From: a virus
Lineage: Duplodnaviria; Caudoviricetes
Reading direction: 5' to 3' (one strand)
Virus record (IMG/VR): IMGVR_UViG_3300005326_000040
Location: 256,001 to 320,000 of that record
Length of the DNA stretch: 64,000 nt
Shown here: positions 8,687 through 18,049 of the stretch, piece by piece
Layout: the number at the start of each line of letters is the position of its first letter
How positions within the stretch are numbered: position 1 is the stretch's first letter
Notes under the pieces: model-generated
The model's database searches: none
What the model saw: the letters and a program-made list of their open reading frames with translations, nothing else
What the model was told of the DNA's origin: nothing
Made by a program: the position numbers and the translations under genes

Positions 8687-9286
8687 ATGACAACAAAGAA
8701 AGTTCCCGCGAAGAAGACTGTAAAAAAGACCGCAAAGAAGGCAACAACCCCTAAGAAGGCAGCTTCAAAGAAGCCTTCAGTAAAGAAGGCTACGAAACAG
8801 TCAGGCACAGACCTTAAGAAGGTGGCTAAGGTTGTCAAGGCTATAAAGGCGGCTACTGCACCAAAGAAGCCGCGCGTTAGCCCTCCTGTTGATGTTGAGC
8901 TTCTAGCGGATACAGGCGAAGTAAATTATGTAGCGCCAAAGAAGGCGACAGCAGAAGACTTGCTTAATCCAGACCAGCGGAAGTGGTGGGATGATATCAA
9001 GGGTCATCGTCTTGATCTTTTTGGTTTACCAGAGCAGTACATTGGGGCTTTTGCTTCGCCTCTTAACTTAGATTCGAAGGCTCTTTATTTGACAGTCAAA
9101 GCTCCAGCAGCTGTTCCTGCAATTGAAGAGTTTGTTGCGGGTTATACGATGGTAGATAGGCAGACTAGGGTACGTGTTCCAAAGTATACTATGAAGATGA
9201 GCAACAAGTATATTGTTATCAAGCCAGCCAAGGGAAGCATTCAGAAGGTTGGAAATAAGATGATGTTTGTTGCTGATGAGGATTGA
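8687..9286 (+). CDS. protein with histone H1-like K/A/T-rich N-terminus
   Basis: First about 60 aa are KKTA/KKAT/KKAA repeats, followed by a globular region. Confidence 0.7.
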   Translation: MTTKKVPAKKTVKKTAKKATTPKKAASKKPSVKKATKQSGTDLKKVAKVVKAIKAATAPKKPRVSPPVDVELLADTGEVNYVAPKKATAEDLLNPDQRKWWDDIKGHRLDLFGLPEQYIGAFASPLNLDSKALYLTVKAPAAVPAIEEFVAGYTMVDRQTRVRVPKYTMKMSNKYIVIKPAKGSIQKVGNKMMFVADED

Positions 9287-9295
9287 ATTAAGCAT

Positions 9296-9318
9296 TCTGT
9301 TAGAAACTTAACAGATTT
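9296..9318 (+). terminator. weak hairpin / possible terminator
   Basis: TCTGTTA-gaaact-TAACAGA followed by TTT, just after the H1-like gene. Confidence 0.3.
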
Positions 9319-9339
9319 GGAATAAACTCTTGAGATAAA

Positions 9340-9741
9340 ATGCAAGATGATGGGAGCCTGTTGTATCTTATACTTGGTTGCTGGGGACGAAACGATGAAG
9401 GATTTGTAAGCTGTCCTTCTGTCTCCAATCCCATCCTACATGTTCACAAAGACCTCCAAGATTATCAAGACATTTCTAGATACCTGAAATCAGTTGGTTT
9501 AGCTGATAAACGCGTTTTAGATTATAATGCGGTGCGCAATATTGTTTATACTATTCAAAGAGACTATCGAATGAAAGGACCGCAATCCTTTTGGACTGAA
9601 CGTCAATTTAGAATAATAGAAAACTTTACGCTTGTTCATAAACCATGTGGGATTTATCTTGCCTTAGACTTTATTCTTCCTGCCCAAGTGCCAAAACCGA
9701 AAGAAGAGCGCAGCGTAGTAATTATGCCTACGAAATTCTAA
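9340..9741 (+). CDS. hypothetical protein
   Basis: 133-aa ORF filling the gap; no motif recognised. Confidence 0.65.
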   Translation: MQDDGSLLYLILGCWGRNDEGFVSCPSVSNPILHVHKDLQDYQDISRYLKSVGLADKRVLDYNAVRNIVYTIQRDYRMKGPQSFWTERQFRIIENFTLVHKPCGIYLALDFILPAQVPKPKEERSVVIMPTKF

Positions 9742-9754
9742 AACTCTAAAGCAA

Positions 9755-9779
9755 CCAATAATCTCGAATCAATATACAT
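9755..9779 (+). promoter_or_regulatory. candidate late promoter (two overlapping matches)
   Basis: ccaata-N6-aat at 9755-9769 and cgaatc-N6-cat at 9765-9779; SD GGAG; ATG 14 nt later. Confidence 0.45.
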
Positions 9780-9793
9780 TAATTGGAGTTAAA

Positions 9794-12142
9794 ATGGGAT
9801 TCGAATCGTTGATAAATGTGTTTAAAGCTCTTAGAGGAGTAGGTAAAGGCGCTGACGTTGCAGTTGACGCAGCCAAAGGTGTTAAGCAAATTTCTCTTAC
9901 ACAAAAGGCTTTATCAGCTGGAGGCGATCTTTTTAAGGCTACCAACAAAATTAATTTCTTGGGCAAGACAGAAAAAGTTGAAACTGCCGCCAGAGCTATT
10001 GCTAAAAATACAGAAGAGCTTGCTGTAAAGCTGTCTTTGAATCGTCTTCCTGATTCAACCATTGTAAATTATACTAAGGGGCTTGGGTATTTCCAAGATG
10101 CTACAAATCTTTCAGTAAAAGCAGAACCAGCCGTATTGATGAGAGGTTATCTTGAAGGAGTGCAAGAGACTCCGGAGCTTCTTTCTAAGGCCAAAGAATT
10201 TGCTGCTGTTGGACGTGAATCAAATCTAAAAGTTTTGCATAGCATTGACCCGAAGCTTACGCCTGAGACGGCTGCGAAAATGTCTGACTTAGAAATCATG
10301 AAAGAGGTGTTTTCAAGTCTTCCTTCTGGTAGCCAAACTAGAATTCTAGAACAATTTGAATCAACCGTTTTGGTAGGTTCAAAACTAAAAAACGCAGAAA
10401 ATGCGGCTAATCTTGGAGCAAAAGTTCAAGGAAAACTAGCGGATTTAGGCAAAAGGCAAGGTAATTTTCTTACAGAACTTAAGAAAACCATTGATAAAAG
10501 TAACTTGGATGATGAAACTAGGAAGTTAATTGATGACGCCTTGAAAGGGTCAGAATCAAATAAGTTTTCAGTTGCTATTGGTTACTTAAAGAAAGACAAG
10601 TTCATTGCCGAAGAAATTACTAATCTTACATCTAAGGCAAAAGAAATTGAAAAGGGCATAGAAGAGTCTGAAGAGTTACTAAGGCGGCTTGGAAAAGATA
10701 GGTTAATCAATACTGTAAATTCAAAAACGTTTATCACAACAGTAAGGGATTTGCAGTATTTATCAACACCAAGTCTTTTTAAAGCAGTTACTACGACGCA
10801 AGGAATGGCAGGTTTGGCTGCTCTTGTGGCGGCTCCAGCTTTCGCAGCAATATATGGAACAACTGTATCAAAAGCAATTGATATCAAAGACACAGCGAAA
10901 GCTTGTAAAGACCAGATAGTAGACTTGAGAACAGATGATGATTCGGTTAAAGGTAAAACGTGGAATAGTACCGTTGATGACGTGACGGCTTCTTTGTCTG
11001 CGCTTGAGTCTGTTGACCTTGGAAAGTATCAGCACGCTTCGCTTTCTAATTTGAATGAACAACAAGCGAGTTTGCTATATGACGGTTTGTCTGATGTTGT
11101 GCAAAGAGTAGAAACTGTACGCACAGGTTTCGAGAAGCTATCTAAACCAGATTTCTATAGCGCATATACTCATCAAGGCCAATCTACCTCTCAGGCTGTA
11201 GGAGAGTTTGTTGATAAAAACAATCCTCTTTCATCTTTTACAGGAAATGTCACTGCCGCAAACAATTTAAAGCAACTTGGTTCAAAAGGTTTGCAAGAGG
11301 TTGGTTCTCTTTATCAAGAACTAGAACCTAGAGCTATGGAGCTTGCGGCTCGTAAAGAACCCGAAAAGATTGCTTCTGCCGATAAGATTACGGAAGATTA
11401 TATCAAATGTTTTGCCGCATTACAAGAGGCTTTCAATTATCGCGACATTGATAGCTTGACCGTGAAGCTTGGGACTAAGAAGACAATAACAAAACAAGCA
11501 GGCTTACCATTAGCTGCAATTGGTTCAACTTTATTAACCGTTCTCACAGTCTTGGATTTGGTAACAGAGGGCGTAAACTTGGTTATCAAGTCTTATGTAA
11601 GGCTATCTAGCGGATGGAATGATCTTTCCAAAATGATTGGGGATATTGTTTCTACTCTAGATGAATTTGCAAGTGCTGAAGCGAAAGACAACGACTCAAA
11701 AGCTTTTATTGACCTTACTAAAAAGGTTTCTATTAACCTGAAAAAACAGGCGGAAGTAGTGAAGAGCAATTTCCCCGTTGACTTACAAAAAACCTTTGAA
11801 ACAGGTGTGTCTGCTGAAGATGAGCAAAAAGTTAAACAAACGCTTCAGGAAATGGTATCAAGTCAAACAAAGTATCAAGCTATTAGTCAGGCTCTAGATT
11901 CTATAAACGAGTCTTTCAATGGGCTGCTTTCTAATGAATATTATCAAGAATTTGACAAAACCATAGAAAGTAAAACACATTCTGTGATGGAAGTGTTTGA
12001 TGAATTTTTTACGCTATTTTCTGGAGAAGGAACTATTTCTGATTTCGGGCGCATGAAATATAGAATTTCACGGGCTCAAGCTCAAATCAATGTTTTGAAA
12101 AAGGAAATCGAGAAGATTCATTCAACAACCGTCAAAAAATAA
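9794..12142 (+). CDS. large helical protein, candidate internal-head/ejection protein
   Basis: 782 aa; hydrophobic Gly/Ala segments (GMAGLAALVAAPAFAAIYG; GLPLAAIGSTLLTVL after ITKQA); long amphipathic helices. Confidence 0.6.
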   Translation: MGFESLINVFKALRGVGKGADVAVDAAKGVKQISLTQKALSAGGDLFKATNKINFLGKTEKVETAARAIAKNTEELAVKLSLNRLPDSTIVNYTKGLGYFQDATNLSVKAEPAVLMRGYLEGVQETPELLSKAKEFAAVGRESNLKVLHSIDPKLTPETAAKMSDLEIMKEVFSSLPSGSQTRILEQFESTVLVGSKLKNAENAANLGAKVQGKLADLGKRQGNFLTELKKTIDKSNLDDETRKLIDDALKGSESNKFSVAIGYLKKDKFIAEEITNLTSKAKEIEKGIEESEELLRRLGKDRLINTVNSKTFITTVRDLQYLSTPSLFKAVTTTQGMAGLAALVAAPAFAAIYGTTVSKAIDIKDTAKACKDQIVDLRTDDDSVKGKTWNSTVDDVTASLSALESVDLGKYQHASLSNLNEQQASLLYDGLSDVVQRVETVRTGFEKLSKPDFYSAYTHQGQSTSQAVGEFVDKNNPLSSFTGNVTAANNLKQLGSKGLQEVGSLYQELEPRAMELAARKEPEKIASADKITEDYIKCFAALQEAFNYRDIDSLTVKLGTKKTITKQAGLPLAAIGSTLLTVLTVLDLVTEGVNLVIKSYVRLSSGWNDLSKMIGDIVSTLDEFASAEAKDNDSKAFIDLTKKVSINLKKQAEVVKSNFPVDLQKTFETGVSAEDEQKVKQTLQEMVSSQTKYQAISQALDSINESFNGLLSNEYYQEFDKTIESKTHSVMEVFDEFFTLFSGEGTISDFGRMKYRISRAQAQINVLKKEIEKIHSTTVKK

Positions 12143-12143
12143 C

Positions 12144-12737
12144 TTATCCCCCTTCGGTTCCAGTTAATCTTTGTTTCAGTAAGTATACATGTTCCTCGTG
12201 CTTACTGGCGATACTCATGATCATATCATCAACGCCAAGAGTTAGACTTCCGTCTTCTTTCAGAGCGTTGTACACTTCTTTTGCGAGGTCAAGGAAGGCT
12301 TCTTCCGCAATTAAGGAACGTTTGGCTAGGCCAGCGGCGCCGTTAGCTTCAATTTTGTTGATATCATCAACGAAAGCCATGGTAGCTTGGCAATGGGACG
12401 CTAACGAAATAAAAGAAAGACCGTAGACTCCAATTGTTTTTTCTGCAACAGTATCGATATGTTCTGTTACAGCAGAATATAGTCTATCGTAGAGTAGATG
12501 GTCGCCATAATATGTGTTGCTTTTTGTAGTCCAATGGGCAACTTGATGAATAATAGCTAGTCCTCTTAGAACAGAAGCCATAGTGGCTAATCGTGCGCCT
12601 GCATCATCCTTGTTTTGAGGCTCTTGTCTATCTTCGGTGTTTACGTCATTATCTTCGTCTTCATCTTTTATTTCATCTAATTCTTCTGAGTCAATTTTTT
12701 TTTCGAATTCTTGGGCGAGTTTATAAAGTCTATCCAT
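12144..12737 (-). CDS. Dps/ferritin-like protein with acidic N-terminal extension
   Basis: HQVAHW, YGDHLLYDRLY, HIDTVAEK and HEEHVYLL match Dps-type ferroxidase helices; SD AGGAG. Confidence 0.85.
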   Translation of the reverse strand: MDRLYKLAQEFEKKIDSEELDEIKDEDEDNDVNTEDRQEPQNKDDAGARLATMASVLRGLAIIHQVAHWTTKSNTYYGDHLLYDRLYSAVTEHIDTVAEKTIGVYGLSFISLASHCQATMAFVDDINKIEANGAAGLAKRSLIAEEAFLDLAKEVYNALKEDGSLTLGVDDMIMSIASKHEEHVYLLKQRLTGTEGG

Positions 12738-12781
12738 AATTTCTCCTGTCCTTGAATATAGTACAAATTATTGGTTGTCTA

Positions 12782-12810
12782 GCGATACAACGAATATCGC
12801 GCTATATAAT
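12782..12810 (+). promoter_or_regulatory. divergent promoter region: inverted repeat GCGATA-N7-TATCGC plus cgaata-N6-tat and TATATAAT
   Basis: Read directly from the sequence; SD AAGGTG and the ATG at 12822 follow. Confidence 0.5.
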
Positions 12811-12821
12811 AAGGTGAACCT

Positions 12822-13427
12822 ATGATTAAGACTTGTGTATCTAAAAGTTTGTTTATGCGCCTTGCTGCTTCAGCAGAAGAGGCTGATATTCGTGGCGATT
12901 CTGAAACTGCTCAGGAATATACTGATCTCGTAGAAGATCTTGTTGAAAACAAAGCGGTTTTGGATGATAAGGAATTTGTAAATGAAAAGATGCCTGACTT
13001 GCAGAAGCAGGTTTCGCACCTTGTAAGAAAAGCTTTTATGGCAATTTTTAGCAATTATGGTGTTTTTCCTGATCCTCGCGAAGAAAAAGAATTAGTGAAA
13101 GCAATTACTGGCGAAATATTTGAAATGACGGATTCCTATTATAATCCAGATCATTTCGAAAAAACACCTGGGCAACAGGAAAATAGCGGCGAAGTGTCCT
13201 TAGATGGTGATGATATTGATTTTGCTATTCCTGAAGAGTCTGGGGGACACCATGCGGTTGTAACACTAGATGACGACGGCAAAGAGGACGACGGCGAAGA
13301 GGGCGAAATCGTTATAGAAGGCGACGATGAACCTAAGTCCGGCAAAGGTTCAAATCAATTTATCGACGATGAAAAAGAAGATAATGATGAAGAAACCAAC
13401 GCGGTTAAAAATAGACTAGGAAAATAA
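12822..13427 (+). CDS. acidic hypothetical protein, probable virion component
   Basis: FMRLAASAEEADIRGDSETA helix motif at the N-terminus; D/E-rich C-terminal half. Confidence 0.65.
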   Translation: MIKTCVSKSLFMRLAASAEEADIRGDSETAQEYTDLVEDLVENKAVLDDKEFVNEKMPDLQKQVSHLVRKAFMAIFSNYGVFPDPREEKELVKAITGEIFEMTDSYYNPDHFEKTPGQQENSGEVSLDGDDIDFAIPEESGGHHAVVTLDDDGKEDDGEEGEIVIEGDDEPKSGKGSNQFIDDEKEDNDEETNAVKNRLGK

Positions 13428-13433
13428 GGAAAA

Positions 13434-13964
13434 ATGGTAAGTTCACTGAAAGCTCTTATGGACAGCCGAAAGGCTGCTTCAGCACCCCAAGCATCACAAC
13501 AACAAACTCGAACTCATGGTTTTGACGATGATTCGGAGTACGTTTCCAAAAAAGGCGTTCGTCTTGATAATACTAAATCAAATGTGCCAAAGGCGCCACC
13601 TAAGTCCGAAGATTTTCGGAACAAGGTGAACGAAATTATCAATGAAGAGAATGAAGAAAAGCGTGTTGGATTTGAATTAACTAAAAAATATCTTGACACG
13701 CTTAGAAATAAAAGTTTGGACCAAACAAAAACTCAAGAGCAAAGAGATCAAGAAATTTCTGCTGTGAAGGATTTGATTGATTTTGCGCGTCTTATCAATA
13801 GCAGCCCGCGTCATGAAGAGGACGACCTTGGTACAATTGCTGTTTTGATTACTTTGGCAAAAGCTTTATTGGTTCAACGTGATCGAATAAACGAACTCGA
13901 TTTTATGTGTTCCAACCTTAAGAAAGAAATTGTTCGTTTAAACGCCGAACGCACTCAAAAATAA
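13434..13964 (+). CDS. hypothetical coiled-coil protein
   Basis: SD AAGGA; SRKAAS motif near the N-terminus. Confidence 0.7.
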   Translation: MVSSLKALMDSRKAASAPQASQQQTRTHGFDDDSEYVSKKGVRLDNTKSNVPKAPPKSEDFRNKVNEIINEENEEKRVGFELTKKYLDTLRNKSLDQTKTQEQRDQEISAVKDLIDFARLINSSPRHEEDDLGTIAVLITLAKALLVQRDRINELDFMCSNLKKEIVRLNAERTQK

Positions 13965-13994
13965 TCATACTATTTCGTCGAGTTGACGCTTGGG

Positions 13995-14017
13995 TTACTG
14001 ATATTATTCCTCAGTAA
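13995..14017 (+). promoter_or_regulatory. hairpin overlapping the start codon of the primase zinc-finger gene
   Basis: TTACTGA-tattattcc-TCAGTAA; the last A is the A of the ATG at 14017. Confidence 0.35.
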
Positions 14018-14655
14018 TGAGCACTACAGTTTTAGATTTGATCGATACTTCTGCTCCTACTTTTGGCGAAGAGGAGTGGGATTCTGAATTTGCTATTGAT
14101 TCCTCTACCCTAATAAGACAAGCAAACGATTCATTTAGTTTATTGGAGTACTTGGAAAGTCATTACTCTTTGGAATTTTTAGGTTCAGTTACCGGCTGGA
14201 CCAGAAAAATGCAGTGCCCTTTTCACAAACACGGAAATGAACGAACTCCATCTTTTTTCATCAATGAGAAAAGTAACAGGTATTTATGTCACGCTTGTGG
14301 TGCTACGGGTGGCCTGGTTCAGTTCATTTCGTTTAAGTTTAACAGGCCAGAATCTGATGTCGCAACGCATCTTTTGAAGCTTTCAAAGCAGGGGCTAAAT
14401 GCTGTTGCTATTATTGAAAGCCAAAAAAAGATTGATCAGAAAAAGAAAGTTGTCGGTCTGCTGCTGGAGTTGTCGGATATTTTCAGAGAATTTATTCATG
14501 CTCACGCGGATGACGACATAGCAATACGTCATGTCAACAAGATTATGGAAGGTTTTGATACGGCTTACTTGTTGAACCCTGAGGGCGTGGAAAAGAATAT
14601 AACTGAGGTTGTTGGCAACCTAAGAACGCTATTATCTAATTATGATAGGAAGTAA
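14017..14655 (+). CDS. stand-alone CHC2 primase-type zinc-binding domain protein
   Basis: CPFHKHGNERTPSF...YLCHACGATG, followed by a helical domain; no TOPRIM domain. Confidence 0.85.
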   Translation: MSTTVLDLIDTSAPTFGEEEWDSEFAIDSSTLIRQANDSFSLLEYLESHYSLEFLGSVTGWTRKMQCPFHKHGNERTPSFFINEKSNRYLCHACGATGGLVQFISFKFNRPESDVATHLLKLSKQGLNAVAIIESQKKIDQKKKVVGLLLELSDIFREFIHAHADDDIAIRHVNKIMEGFDTAYLLNPEGVEKNITEVVGNLRTLLSNYDRK

Positions 14656-14657
14656 GA

Positions 14658-15890
14658 ATGAAGCTGATTATAGTACCAGACATTCATATAGGGAAACAAA
14701 CATCTATTGGCAAAGATGCAATAGGGGTTGGATTGAATTCAAGAGTTCAAGACCAAGCGGACTTGCTTGATTTTGTGTATTCTAAGATTCTTGAAATTAA
14801 ACCGTTGTCGGTTATACTTTTAGGTGATATCTGGGAGGATGTTAATCCTCGTTCTTCTTATGTTCGTGTAGTTTTTGCGTGGATTAAGAAGATTGTCGAT
14901 TTGAATATTTCGGTACACATTATTATGGGGAACCATGATTTTGTGCGCAGCGGGCATGAGCGAGTTTCTATGTTGGATTCGTTTGATGCTTTACAAATGG
15001 AACGAGTTCACATTCATCGTAATATTGAACCGATTTATTTCAACGAACAATGTGCTGCTGTTGCAGTTCCGTTTTGTGACCGTAAACAATTAATGCTTCC
15101 AACCATTCATGAAGCGCAGGGTCATGTTATAAAAAATGTTATCGCAACAAGATTGGAAATTTTCAAAAGACTAGAAAGTGTCAAAAACACAGAAAACTTA
15201 AAGGTTATCATGTTGGGACATTTAGCTTTAGAAGGAAGCTTTTATGTCGGCGATGAAGTTGATGATGAGTCGAATGAAATTTTCGTTCCTCTAGAAGCTT
15301 TTGCTGGGTATGATTGCGCTATTATGGGACATGTGCATAACCAGCAGGAGTTATATCGAGACGGACGAACTGTCTTTGGACATTTGGGAAGTTTAGACAA
15401 AACATCTTTTAGTGAAAAAGATAAGTTTATCGCTGTCTATGACCCTGACGTTGGATTAGATTATATTAAGCTTCCATGTAGAGAGTTGATTGATATTGAC
15501 ATTGATGTTCCTTCTGAAGAAAAAGATGCGACATCTTATGTTTCGCAGCAAATTGAAAAAAACAAAGACGCTTTTGAAAACTCTATTGTTCGAATAAAAG
15601 TAAAGTTAAATTCTCATGACGCAGAAAATGTTGATAAAGACAAAATCATTGCTAATTTGAACAAAAATGGAGTGTTTCATGTCCCGTCTTTTTGTGAGAC
15701 GAGAAGTTTAGACAGAGTTTTAGTTAAAAATGCAGAAGTAGACGAGTCCGTAAATCCGATTCAAGGCTTCAAAATTTTTCTCAAGACTATTGATGCCGAG
15801 CCTGAATTCAAGGACGAGTGTTTTGAGCTTGGTAATACGGTTATCAAAACGTGTTTTGCAAACTTAGCAAATAAAGGAAATACTAAATGA
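14658..15890 (+). CDS. sbcD: SbcD/Mre11 (gp47-like) metallophosphoesterase nuclease
   Basis: PDIH, LGDIW, MGNHD, LGHL and MGHVH motifs; adjacent to SbcC. Confidence 0.93.
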   Translation: MKLIIVPDIHIGKQTSIGKDAIGVGLNSRVQDQADLLDFVYSKILEIKPLSVILLGDIWEDVNPRSSYVRVVFAWIKKIVDLNISVHIIMGNHDFVRSGHERVSMLDSFDALQMERVHIHRNIEPIYFNEQCAAVAVPFCDRKQLMLPTIHEAQGHVIKNVIATRLEIFKRLESVKNTENLKVIMLGHLALEGSFYVGDEVDDESNEIFVPLEAFAGYDCAIMGHVHNQQELYRDGRTVFGHLGSLDKTSFSEKDKFIAVYDPDVGLDYIKLPCRELIDIDIDVPSEEKDATSYVSQQIEKNKDAFENSIVRIKVKLNSHDAENVDKDKIIANLNKNGVFHVPSFCETRSLDRVLVKNAEVDESVNPIQGFKIFLKTIDAEPEFKDECFELGNTVIKTCFANLANKGNTK

Positions 15891-18049
15891 TTCCGGGTAA
15901 GCTAACTTTAAAAAACTTCAAAGCTCACAAAGAATCAGTCGTTGACTTTAGTAAGCTTGGTACGGCGATTCTAATTGTAGGAATTGAAGATAGTTCATCT
16001 GATGTAAGCAATGCTGTTGGAAAGTCTACTCTTTTTAGCGCTATTGAATATGTATTGTTTAACATTAACTCTACCGGAGAAATTGCTCGGGTTATTAGAG
16101 ACGGGGCTGCTAAATGTGAGGTAGAATATGAATTTAGCATGTCGGACGGTTCACATTACTTGATTAATAGGTACCGAACCAAGACGACAAATGGCGTTAC
16201 GCTAAAGGAAAGAAACAAAGACGGAGAATGGAAAGATATTTCCGGAAGGACGCCATCAGCTACAGACAAAGAGATTACAAAGATTATCAAAATCAATAGC
16301 AAGACATTTCAGAACACGTCCTATTTTATGCAGGATGATGTTGAAAATCTTGCGAAGGCTCGTCCGGAAGAGCGAAAAAAGATTATCAGTTCCATGTTGG
16401 AGCTAGGTATTTGGAAAAAGTTTAAAGAAGCATTGGATGAGGAGCGGAAACCTTTTGACAAAGAGTTGGCAATTGTCAAAGCCAAGATTGGTGATCTTGG
16501 AACTAGTCCACAAATTGAGTTGACAAACCTGGAAAATGGGCTGGAAGCTATTAGAGACTCTATTGCTCAAAGTAATATCAAATTAGAAGATGCAAAACCA
16601 AAGTTGAGCAGCAAAAAAGAATTGCTGGGGCAACTAAAGAATCTTGCAACAGATCACGCTCAGATTGACCAAAAATATAACGACGCGATTTTGTTCAAGA
16701 AAGAAACAGAGGACAATGCGAAATACATTGAATCCTCTTTGAAAGACTCCAAAGTGGAGTTGGATCGTTATGAAACCAAGGTGAAAAAAAATGATGAAGC
16801 GGTCAAAACCCGGCTTGAGAAGCTAAAGCAATTAATTGAAGAAGCTCCTCTTGCGCCGAATATGAAAAAATATGAAAGCGTAAACAATAATTTAGCTTCC
16901 CTTAACGTTGCGTTAAAGGAAGAAAGAGCCACGCTTAAAGCTCTTCTTATGGAATTGCCAGAAGACGCTATGTGTCCGGCGTGTTCAACTGTGTTGGATG
17001 AGCAACATAGGCAAGAACTAAAGGATTCTAAGCAAGTTCGCGCAAAGAAGGTTCGTGCTGAGATTGAAGAACTTCAAAAAAAGATCACTATGTGCGAGGA
17101 GGATATCGCATATTTTGAATCTCAAATTGAAGCGAGCAACGCACATAATAAACAAAAGACTCAGATTTCCGGAGAAATCACAGTTTACAATGAAGATATC
17201 CGTGTTTGTGCAATCTCAATAGAGAGGCTAAAAGAAAGAATTACTTCTTTAGAGGACAAATATACAAAAACGCAAAGTTCTATTCAAAAGGCCGCGAAGA
17301 TGTACGAAGACGCTAAACGTCTGAAAGTAGCTTCGATGAGCCAGGATAGCAATGATAAAGAAATAGAACTGGTTTCTAAGGAAATCGCAGAGCTTGATAA
17401 GATTGTCAATACACATAGTAGATTCATTAATGAAAACATGTCGGAAATCGGTTCTTATCAAGAACGAATTGAACAAAAGAAAAAAGATGTAAAGAAGAAG
17501 CTTGAGCTTGACGCTAAAGAAAAAGAGCTAACTAAAAAGCTAAAAGTCTATGACACGGTTGGTTTTGCCTTTTCAAGCAAAGGCATTCCGTTTATGATTA
17601 TCAGTTCCGTTTTGGATTCTATTCAAGAAGAAACCAATAAGGTTCTCAGTATCCTTCGGAAAAATATGCAGGTTCAGTTCATTATTGACAAAGAGACGGA
17701 TGGTGAGATAAAAGATACGTTAGATATGAAGTTTTTTGCTAACAACAAAGAATGGTCTTATGATGAGCTTTCAGGTGGACAAAAAGCTTCTGTGGCTTTG
17801 GCTTTGAAGTTCGCGATGGCTGTTGTTAGCAGAAGACGATGCGGAGCAGATATAAAGCTTCTTATGTTGGATGAAGTAGACCAGCCACTAGATGCTGCAA
17901 GTACCGAATCTTTTTATCAGATTATTCGAGAATGGTCTAAGGATATGACTATTATGGTTATTACCCATAGAGAACAATTGAAGACTAAGTTTCCAAATTT
18001 TATTTTGGTTGAAAAGAAGAATGATACAACTTCGGCAATGGTGGTATGA
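15887..18049 (+). CDS. sbcC: SbcC/Rad50 (gp46-like) SMC ATPase
   Basis: Walker A NAVGKST, Q-loop FMQD, zinc hook CPAC, signature LSGGQ, Walker B LLMLDE, H-loop ITH, long coiled coils. Confidence 0.95.
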   Translation: MIPGKLTLKNFKAHKESVVDFSKLGTAILIVGIEDSSSDVSNAVGKSTLFSAIEYVLFNINSTGEIARVIRDGAAKCEVEYEFSMSDGSHYLINRYRTKTTNGVTLKERNKDGEWKDISGRTPSATDKEITKIIKINSKTFQNTSYFMQDDVENLAKARPEERKKIISSMLELGIWKKFKEALDEERKPFDKELAIVKAKIGDLGTSPQIELTNLENGLEAIRDSIAQSNIKLEDAKPKLSSKKELLGQLKNLATDHAQIDQKYNDAILFKKETEDNAKYIESSLKDSKVELDRYETKVKKNDEAVKTRLEKLKQLIEEAPLAPNMKKYESVNNNLASLNVALKEERATLKALLMELPEDAMCPACSTVLDEQHRQELKDSKQVRAKKVRAEIEELQKKITMCEEDIAYFESQIEASNAHNKQKTQISGEITVYNEDIRVCAISIERLKERITSLEDKYTKTQSSIQKAAKMYEDAKRLKVASMSQDSNDKEIELVSKEIAELDKIVNTHSRFINENMSEIGSYQERIEQKKKDVKKKLELDAKEKELTKKLKVYDTVGFAFSSKGIPFMIISSVLDSIQEETNKVLSILRKNMQVQFIIDKETDGEIKDTLDMKFFANNKEWSYDELSGGQKASVALALKFAMAVVSRRRCGADIKLLMLDEVDQPLDAASTESFYQIIREWSKDMTIMVITHREQLKTKFPNFILVEKKNDTTSAMVV

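Noticed and set aside
8687-8870. KKTA/KKAA matches as part of the K-x-A cleavage set
   Set aside because: They arise from H1-like low complexity and lack the preceding hydrophobic residue; excluded from the motif argument.
9794-12142. Tape measure protein call for the 782-aa helical ORF
   Set aside because: It is short for a jumbo phage, lacks tail-gene context and periodic W/F repeats, and carries head-type K-x-A motifs.
13983-14011. TTGACG as a sigma70 -35 for the sbcDC operon
   Set aside because: The only -10-like hexamer (TATTAT) is 13 nt away, too short a spacer.
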